In this document: one piece after another, positions 1 through 6,113 of the stretch | How the letters are laid out: each line of letters starts with the position of its first letter | Numbering within the stretch: the stretch's first letter is position 1 | Origin: an uncultured Pseudomonadota bacterium | GTDB lineage: Bacteria > BMS3Abin14 | Direction of reading: 5' to 3' | NCBI GenBank assembly: GCA_964454175.1 | Contig: CAYVSA010000010.1 | Location: 1-42,828, forward strand | Length of the DNA: 42,828 nt | The notes under the pieces: generated by a model | The model's database searches: none | Told to the model about the DNA's origin: nothing | What the model saw: the letters and a program-made list of their open reading frames with translations, nothing else | Translations under genes and position numbers: made by a program

Positions 1-45
1 AAGTTAAAGTGCTCTGACCCCAGCGGGGGGAGGGGAGGGACGCAC

Positions 46-75
46 TTCTCAAGGGGATGCATCGGATGGTATACT
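46..75 (+). promoter_or_regulatory. Candidate sigma70 promoter (extended -10) upstream of the selenoprotein gene
   Basis: TGGTATACT at 67-75 (TGn + TATACT); weak -35 TTCTCA at 46-51 with 18-bp spacer. Confidence 0.35.
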
Positions 76-161
76 TATGCCTGTGAGTGCAGGTGCCATT
101 AAGATTCTCTTAAATCCCGGCCGGGTTGCTGTCGGGGTGTGGGTTCAGAAAGGGGGAAGTT

Positions 162-1358
162 ATGGGTAGGAAGCTATTGGTATCTTTTCTTGCACTATTG
201 CTTGCGATCGCCGTCGCAGCAGTTGGTCTTGCTGAAAATGAAGTGTTTGAACCTGTGAAGGCACCCTCCCTCGGGCCGGAAGGTGCTCCTGTCACAATAT
301 ACGAGATCGCCGACTTCATGTGACCTTTCTGCAAGGAGGCCGGTCCGACCTTCAAGCGGATAAAAGAAGAGTACAAGGGAAAAGTCAGATTTGTTTTCGT
401 TCCCTACATGAGGTCCTATTCCGAAAATTCGCGGGACACCGCCCTGGCGGCCTTTGCAGCATGGGACCAGGGTAAATTCTGGGAAATGCACGATCTCATT
501 TTCGAGAAAGCGCCCGATATTGACAGGGGGGTACTCGTAGAACTTGCCAGTCAGCTCAGGCTCGATCTGAAAAAATTCACCGCAAGCCTTGATAATAAGG
601 AACACCTGGACGATCTCACCGAAAATCGAAAGCGAGTCAGGGATCTGGATATCTGGAGCACGCCGACGCTCATCATTAACGGCAGGATCCTGAAGGGTGA
701 GCAACCCTTTGAGAAATATAAATCCCTCATTGACGAAGCTCTCGGCTCTCACAGCAGCACCAACCCTGTATGGCGAGCTGTTTCTTCGGTCGCTAGACTT
801 ATTCGGCCGTCGTCGGCTTACGCGTCGGGAGGTGGCGCCTTCGGCGAGGGTAAAGTACCGCTCTTTATCAAGGTCCCGGTCCTGAAACGGGTTAACGACC
901 TCAAAGTGGGCATGAAGGCTCCCGATTTTGAGCTACCCAGCACTCTGGGCCGAAGCATCAGGCTCAGCAGTTACCTGGGCAGAAAGAACGTTCTGTTATC
1001 GTTCATGCCGGCTGCATTTACCCCTGTCTGAACCGGGCAGCTGGCCGCGTACGAAGAGTTACGAGATCGTTTCGCAGCCCTGAACACCCAGGTTCTGGGT
1101 GTATTTGTAAATAACATGCCCACTCTCATGGCCTGGACGCAGGGGATCAACCTGTCCTTTCCAGTTCTCAGTGATTTCTGGCCCCACGGACAGGTTGCTC
1201 TGCTCTACGATGTTCTGAGATCAGAGGGTATTGCCGAAAGAGCTATTTTCGTTATCGACAGGGAGGGCATTATCCGCTACATAGATATCCACGACATTAA
1301 CGAAGACCCCGGGATCAATGCTATTCTGAAAACCCTGGAGGATATAGAGGCCAGGTGA
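162..1358 (+). CDS. Exported DsbA-like thioredoxin-fold / AhpE-like peroxiredoxin fusion selenoprotein, 398 aa, Sec at residues 54 and 290
   Basis: ORFs 126-323, 408-1031 and 1116-1358 share one frame and the gaps are open. ATG 162 follows AGGGGG. Signal peptide MGRKLLVSFLALLLAIAVAAVGLA. TGA 321-323 gives ADFM-U-PFC (CxxC position) with QGKFWEMHDLIF and cis-Pro loop STPTLIING. TGA 1029-1031 gives PAAFTPV-U-TGQL (PxxxTxxC) with APDFEL, LSDFWPHG and ERAIFVID. Confidence 0.88.
328..360 (+). promoter_or_regulatory. Candidate bacterial SECIS hairpin for UGA 321-323
   Basis: TCTGC-AA-GGAGG-C-CGGTCCG-A-CCTTC-AA-GCGGA: stems TCTGC/GCGGA and GGAGG/CCTTC; apical G343,T344 fall at positions 23-24 counting from the U of UGA, as in the E. 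coli fdhF SECIS. Confidence 0.7.
1035..1080 (+). promoter_or_regulatory. Possible weaker SECIS hairpin for UGA 1029-1031
   Basis: GGGC(A)GC 1035-1041 can pair with GC(A)GCCC 1074-1080; inner CGTA/TACG stem with a G-initiated loop at about 1053; folded by eye only. Confidence 0.35.
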
Positions 1359-1372
1359 CGCCCGGTGCCACC

Positions 1373-1402
1373 TTGCAAGGTACTGCCCAATACTGGTATA
1401 TT
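1373..1402 (+). promoter_or_regulatory. Candidate sigma70 promoter for the DUF1844-TPR-DUF4388-phoH operon
   Basis: TTGCAA 1373-1378, 18-bp spacer, TG at 1394-1395 and TATATT 1397-1402. Confidence 0.45.
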
Positions 1403-1469
1403 ACGCGCCACTGGCAAGTAGATGATGTTGCTTGCAAAATGTGGCCTTGTTAAGAGACAATATCGGTGG

Positions 1470-1478
1470 TTATCCACA
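1470..1478 (+). promoter_or_regulatory. Single perfect DnaA-box match
   Basis: TTATCCACA in the intergenic leader; isolated, could be chance. Confidence 0.3.
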
Positions 1479-1563
1479 CAGGCGCCTGGCGATTTTCCGC
1501 CGGTTGTTTGGTGTAAATGTGCAAGAGGTTCTAGAGTATTCCTGATGAATGGAGATTCTGCTG

Positions 1564-1986
1564 ATGGCAGGTGATGAGAACAACGACAATAAATTCAGTG
1601 TTGAGGATCGCAGGACATCTACGGTTGGGACCGAGATCGAGAACGGGCTGGAGGACCAAGACAGCCAGATGGAGCCTGAAGCGGACTCCGGGCCTGACGT
1701 ATCGGAAGCAGGTTCGGCCAAATCGGGCAAGTTTCCACCCGTAGATTTTTCAACTTTTCTGTTCTCACTTTTCAGCTCGGCCCTGATCCAGCTTGGAGAG
1801 ATGGCCGATCCTATCACGGGAAAGCAGGAAAAGAGCCTCGAGTCGGCAAGCCAGACGATCCAGCTGTTCTCAATACTGGAGGAAAAAACCAAAGGTAACC
1901 TAACCGAAGAGGAGGAGAAGTTCCTGAAGAACGCTTCAGCAGAACTCAAGTGGAAATACCTCGATGCTGTAAAGGAGAAAGGATAG
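1564..1986 (+). CDS. DUF1844 domain protein
   Basis: DFSTFLFSLFSSALIQLG..DPITGK...ILEEKTKGNLTEEE typical of DUF1844; acidic N-terminal tail; ATG 1564 preceded by GGAG (ORF track starts at 1549). Confidence 0.8.
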   Translation: MAGDENNDNKFSVEDRRTSTVGTEIENGLEDQDSQMEPEADSGPDVSEAGSAKSGKFPPVDFSTFLFSLFSSALIQLGEMADPITGKQEKSLESASQTIQLFSILEEKTKGNLTEEEEKFLKNASAELKWKYLDAVKEKG

Positions 1987-1994
1987 TTCCTGTT

Positions 1995-3959
1995 TTGAGG
2001 GTTCCCTTGGGCCGATTCCTTCTTTCTGTCGCATTCCTGTTTTCCCTTATCCAGCCTGCGCTTGCCGCGGAGGTGAGCGAGGTCACGGTGGATTTCCCTC
2101 TGTCCGAGATTCTCGATATCAAGCCAGCTGGTGCCAAGACGGCTGGTGATGCGATCGCCAGTCAACCGGTCGGTACCGCAAAGCATGCTTCGTGGGAAGA
2201 TGAGTGGTTTGCCTACAGGCAGAAATCCCTGAGGGGCAATAACAAGGGAGCGTCCGAGCATCTTGACAAGGTAAATGCCTACAGGATGAGCGCAGGGATA
2301 CCCAACCTTTTCATCCCTTCTGCCGCCCTCATGTACGAGTCGTCCCAGGCCAGGAGGCAGGGACGGTATGACGACGCCCTCAGACTCGTAAACTATGCAT
2401 CGCTGCTTTCACCCGATGATCCTGCTCCCCACTTTTACAGGGCCAGAACTTTATATAAGCAGAACAAGCTCAGGATCCTTTCTGCTATTGATGCTGTTTT
2501 CGAGGGATGGGTGACTTTTGCCAGGGACTTTCGATCTTCATTCCCGTGGATGGTAGGTTTTGCGGTCTGGATCCTCACCGGAATAATCATTGCCAGCATA
2601 GTATCCATTTTCATTTACACGATCAGAATTATACCCCGCATCTCGCACGATATATCTCATCTGGTCAGGCTCCCCCAGTGGGTGATCAACCTGAGTTTTC
2701 CGCTCCTCATGGCGGTACTGCTCTTTATCTGGCTGCCGTTCATATGGTGGGTTGTAGCTATTGCGTTCATACCATTTTTACACGCCACAGGCCGCGAACG
2801 CGTTGCTCTGTCTGCAGGGTTGATATTTTTGGTGTGCATTCCACTGCTGGTACACGTCATGGCACTCGGAAACAATTTCAACTCCGGATTTAAGGGGATC
2901 TTGCTTTATGACTCAGAGATGTCAGGAGAAGGGCCAGCCGTCATCCGTAAGCTCGAGACTCTGAGGACCCGTTATCCCCGAGACTCTGAAGTCCTGGTCG
3001 CCATGGCTGCTGTGCTGCGCAGAGATGGAAATATTAACGGTGCCCAGGGCTTTTTGAAGAAAGCGGCGATCCTGAACCCTGAGTCCGGAATTATCATTAA
3101 CAATGCTGCCAACCTCTTGTACGCAAAGGGCCAGATACCAGCGGCCATCGATCAGTACAAAAAGGCGCTTCGATACACTGACAATACAATCATCCACTAC
3201 AACCTCAGCCTCGCCCTTCAGGAAAACCTTCAGCTTGAAGAAGGGGGCAGGGAGTTTCAGAAAGCTCAGTCAATGGATCCCGATCTTATCAGCAGGATAA
3301 CAACCAACAGGCCCGATGGAGTAGAGAATATTGTTCGGGACATTTTCCCTGCCCGGAAGACGTTCTTTCTCAGTGCTCTCAAGCTGGACGATCTGGGCAG
3401 GCAGTGGAGGAATACCATGTGGGGCGGTGTAGTGCCCTGGATCTCCTTTGCTGTGGCTTTGATCGGATTCCCCCTCGCTGGAATAATAATGCTGGCGGGA
3501 TACCCGCTGAGTAAAACATTTTTCTCCTCAGGTATATGCCGCAGATGCGGAAAACTTCACTGTGACAGGTGCAGCGAATCAGCCAAGGATGATCTGTGTT
3601 CACAGTGCCGGCAGATATTTTTCGTTAGAACGGGGGTCGACCCCGCGAGCAGGGTCAGAAAGATGATGCAGATAATGCGCTTTAACAAGAGGCGCTCCAT
3701 TACCGCCAGAATACTGACCGTGATACTCCCCGGTTCAGGCCATGCGTTTCTCGGAGAGGGCTTCAAGGCGGTTATCCTGGTCTCTGTATCTGTTGTGTTC
3801 TGGCTCAAGTGGATGCTCTGGTACGGTCTCTACAGGAGTACAACGATACTCGAGATCCAGCCTGGGACATCACTCAGGGTGATCTTCGCTGTTTTCTTTC
3901 TGGTCTACTACATTTTTGTCTTCCGTTCCCTCGGGCAGGTAATGGAGGAGAGGTTGTGA
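1995..3959 (+). CDS. Multi-pass membrane protein with TPR regions and a Cys-rich Zn-binding motif
   Basis: Signal-peptide-like N-terminus ending ALA; TPR-like segments (NNAANLLYAKGQIPAAIDQYKKAL, IHYNLSLAL); several hydrophobic helices; CRRCGKLHCDRC-x8-CSQC. Start uncertain (TTG 1995 chosen; ORF track 1950). Confidence 0.75.
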   Translation: MRVPLGRFLLSVAFLFSLIQPALAAEVSEVTVDFPLSEILDIKPAGAKTAGDAIASQPVGTAKHASWEDEWFAYRQKSLRGNNKGASEHLDKVNAYRMSAGIPNLFIPSAALMYESSQARRQGRYDDALRLVNYASLLSPDDPAPHFYRARTLYKQNKLRILSAIDAVFEGWVTFARDFRSSFPWMVGFAVWILTGIIIASIVSIFIYTIRIIPRISHDISHLVRLPQWVINLSFPLLMAVLLFIWLPFIWWVVAIAFIPFLHATGRERVALSAGLIFLVCIPLLVHVMALGNNFNSGFKGILLYDSEMSGEGPAVIRKLETLRTRYPRDSEVLVAMAAVLRRDGNINGAQGFLKKAAILNPESGIIINNAANLLYAKGQIPAAIDQYKKALRYTDNTIIHYNLSLALQENLQLEEGGREFQKAQSMDPDLISRITTNRPDGVENIVRDIFPARKTFFLSALKLDDLGRQWRNTMWGGVVPWISFAVALIGFPLAGIIMLAGYPLSKTFFSSGICRRCGKLHCDRCSESAKDDLCSQCRQIFFVRTGVDPASRVRKMMQIMRFNKRRSITARILTVILPGSGHAFLGEGFKAVILVSVSVVFWLKWMLWYGLYRSTTILEIQPGTSLRVIFAVFFLVYYIFVFRSLGQVMEERL

Positions 3960-3960
3960 A

Positions 3961-5163
3961 ATGGCTCTAAAGGGGACGCTGAAAGATTTCGGGCTGTCGG
4001 ATATATTCCAGCTCATAGCCCACCAGAGAAAGACCGGTATCCTTTATCTTGAAGATAAGGGCAAGGATGTTGCTGTCACGTTCGAACAGGGGAAAGTCGT
4101 TGGGGCAGAGCCCAGGACTGACAAGACCCAGGAAAAGGAAAAGGTGGGAGAGATCCTCATCAAGTCAGGGATACTGGACAGGGAACAGCTGTCAAGGGCC
4201 CTTGAGGAACAGAACCGCACCATGAAAAAGCTTGGGATCGTGCTGTCTGAGCAAAAGCTCATAACCCCTGAACTGTTCCAGGAGGTCCTTGCATTCCAGG
4301 TGAGAGAGACTCTTTTTAAACTGTTCCAGTGGACCAGCGGCCACTACCGGTTTGATGCTGGTAAAGTTTCCTACGATCTCCAGTTTGTTACCCCGATGTC
4401 AGCTGAGTTCATCCTCATGGAGGCAGCACGTATAATTGATGAGTGGCCCGGTATCAAGCGGAAAATACCCTCCATGGAAACCGTTTTCGCTCCAGTGCGC
4501 GGTGCCGCCGAGAAAATCACGAGAAGGTCCCAGGTTCAGGTAACTGAAGAAGATGATATCGACATTGACATCTTTGGTGAGAGCAGTGCACCCAGGGACT
4601 TTGACGACGACAGGATCCTGCTATCGGATGCTCAGGAGAGGGTTTTTGACAGGGTTGATGGAAAGAAGACAGTTGGCGTGCTCTCATACCAGACCCTTCT
4701 GGGCGATTTCGAGGTTTTAAAAGCCCTGGTGGAACTGACGGGATACGGTCTTGTCAAGGCGGTGTCGACACCAGCTGCAGCGGCGAAGGAGGATGTTCCG
4801 GCAGAGAGGGCCAAAAGAGGGAAAAATGTCTTTGTGATGGCTTCTTCCCTGACGGCCCTGGGAGTGATCCTCATGCTGTCCTTCTTTGCTCTTAGCCTTA
4901 CGAGTACTCGATTCCTGGCCTTTTCTCAGGTTAGCTGGGAAAAAGCAGCTGCTGTTCGAAAGTCTGTCGCATCTGTTCAGAAGAGGCGACTTGAGCTTGC
5001 CATGGAGGTCTACCGTATGGAAAAGGGTTCCTACCCGGCCACGGTCGAAGACCTGTTCAGAGGTGAGTTCGTCCTGTATTCGGATATCTCCTATCCCTAC
5101 GCCCGGCCCTTCAGGATCACGTGGAACGACCGGGGTTTTCTTATCTCGGATCCGAGAGAATAA
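3961..5163 (+). CDS. DUF4388 (PatA_N-like) membrane protein with MshEN-like insert and GspG-like C-terminus
   Basis: MALKGTLKDFGLSDIFQLIAHQRKTGILYL and LFQWTSGHYRF; one TM helix; RLELAMEVYRMEKGSYPATVEDL. Confidence 0.8.
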   Translation: MALKGTLKDFGLSDIFQLIAHQRKTGILYLEDKGKDVAVTFEQGKVVGAEPRTDKTQEKEKVGEILIKSGILDREQLSRALEEQNRTMKKLGIVLSEQKLITPELFQEVLAFQVRETLFKLFQWTSGHYRFDAGKVSYDLQFVTPMSAEFILMEAARIIDEWPGIKRKIPSMETVFAPVRGAAEKITRRSQVQVTEEDDIDIDIFGESSAPRDFDDDRILLSDAQERVFDRVDGKKTVGVLSYQTLLGDFEVLKALVELTGYGLVKAVSTPAAAAKEDVPAERAKRGKNVFVMASSLTALGVILMLSFFALSLTSTRFLAFSQVSWEKAAAVRKSVASVQKRRLELAMEVYRMEKGSYPATVEDLFRGEFVLYSDISYPYARPFRITWNDRGFLISDPRE

Positions 5164-5168
5164 CAGGC

Positions 5169-6113
5169 ATGAAGAAGGCTCTTATTATTGAAAGCGACCA
5201 GCAGGCAATGATCCTTTCTGGCGAAATGGACAAAAATCTCAAGATGATCGAGAAGCTTACCGGTGTCAAGATCGGCATCAGGGGCGAAAAGGTCTTTCTT
5301 GAGGGCCCAGTCGAACAGGTTGGGGAAGTTGAAAGCATTATTGGAGACATCCAGCAGGCGATCAGCGCTGGTCGCCAGATCTCATCAACGGAGGTTGAAA
5401 ACCTTTTTAAACAGCTGGGAAACGGCAGGCGTAACGTCGTTTCTGATCTCCTGATAGAGTCTGTGGTCGTCTCACCCAGAAAATCCATCGTACCCAAGAG
5501 TGTTAACCAGAAGGTTTACCTGGATAGGATCCTCAACAACGATATCGTATTCGGTATTGGCCCGGCCGGGACCGGGAAAACCTATCTTGCCATGGCTGCA
5601 GCAGTAAAGTCCCTGGTTCAGAAAGAGGTTAGCCGGATCATCCTTGCACGGCCCGCCGTTGAAGCAGGAGAGAAGCTGGGTTTCCTGCCAGGGGATATCT
5701 ACGAAAAGGTCAACCCCTACCTCAGACCATTATACGACGCGCTATTCGACATGCTGAGCTCGGAAAAAGCCCTGAAACTCGTTGAGCGCGGTGTGATCGA
5801 AATAGCGCCACTGGCTTTCATGCGCGGCAGGACTTTGAACGACTCCTTCGTGATCCTCGACGAGGCCCAGAATACAACTGCCGATCAGATGAAGATGTTT
5901 CTCACTCGCCTCGGTTTTGATTCAAAGGCTGTGATCACAGGGGATGTGACCCAGGTCGATCTCCCTTCCAGGGGATCTTCCGGACTGATCCAGGTTGTGG
6001 ATATCCTTGAAGGGATAAAAGGGATATCCTTCGTCAACTTCAATGACAGGGATGTTGTGAGACACCCGTTGGTGCAGGAAATAATCAAGGCTTACGAAAA
6101 GCGGGGGATTTGA
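5169..6113 (+). CDS. phoH: PhoH-family ATPase (YbeZ-like)
   Basis: GPAGTGKTYLA, RPAVEAGEKLGFLPGD, FMRGRTL, ILDEAQN, VVRHPLV. Confidence 0.95.
   Translation: MKKALIIESDQQAMILSGEMDKNLKMIEKLTGVKIGIRGEKVFLEGPVEQVGEVESIIGDIQQAISAGRQISSTEVENLFKQLGNGRRNVVSDLLIESVVVSPRKSIVPKSVNQKVYLDRILNNDIVFGIGPAGTGKTYLAMAAAVKSLVQKEVSRIILARPAVEAGEKLGFLPGDIYEKVNPYLRPLYDALFDMLSSEKALKLVERGVIEIAPLAFMRGRTLNDSFVILDEAQNTTADQMKMFLTRLGFDSKAVITGDVTQVDLPSRGSSGLIQVVDILEGIKGISFVNFNDRDVVRHPLVQEIIKAYEKRGI

Noticed and set aside
68-79. 12-mer GGTATACTTATG repeated just before leuS (30258-30269)
   Set aside because: A single short match in different contexts is compatible with chance
126-1358. Three separate small genes or a double-nonsense pseudogene
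   Set aside because: Both stops are TGA exactly at catalytic Cys positions, the frame is otherwise intact and a SECIS-like hairpin follows the first; random decay is a poorer explanation
1356-1358. Third Sec at the terminal TGA
   Set aside because: The Prx domain is already complete, there is no redox motif, and read-through would add only about 20 unrecognisable residues before a TAG
126-1358. Genome-wide UGA reassignment (genetic code 4 or 25)
   Set aside because: Many conserved genes here end properly at TGA and the prfB CTT-TGA-C frameshift is intact
1412-1432. Sigma54 promoter (TGGCA...TTGC)
   Set aside because: Spacing between TGGCA (1412) and TTGC (1428) is 4 nt too long for a -24/-12 element
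1359-1563. Replication origin
   Set aside because: Only one DnaA box, no AT-rich unwinding element and no dnaA-type neighbours
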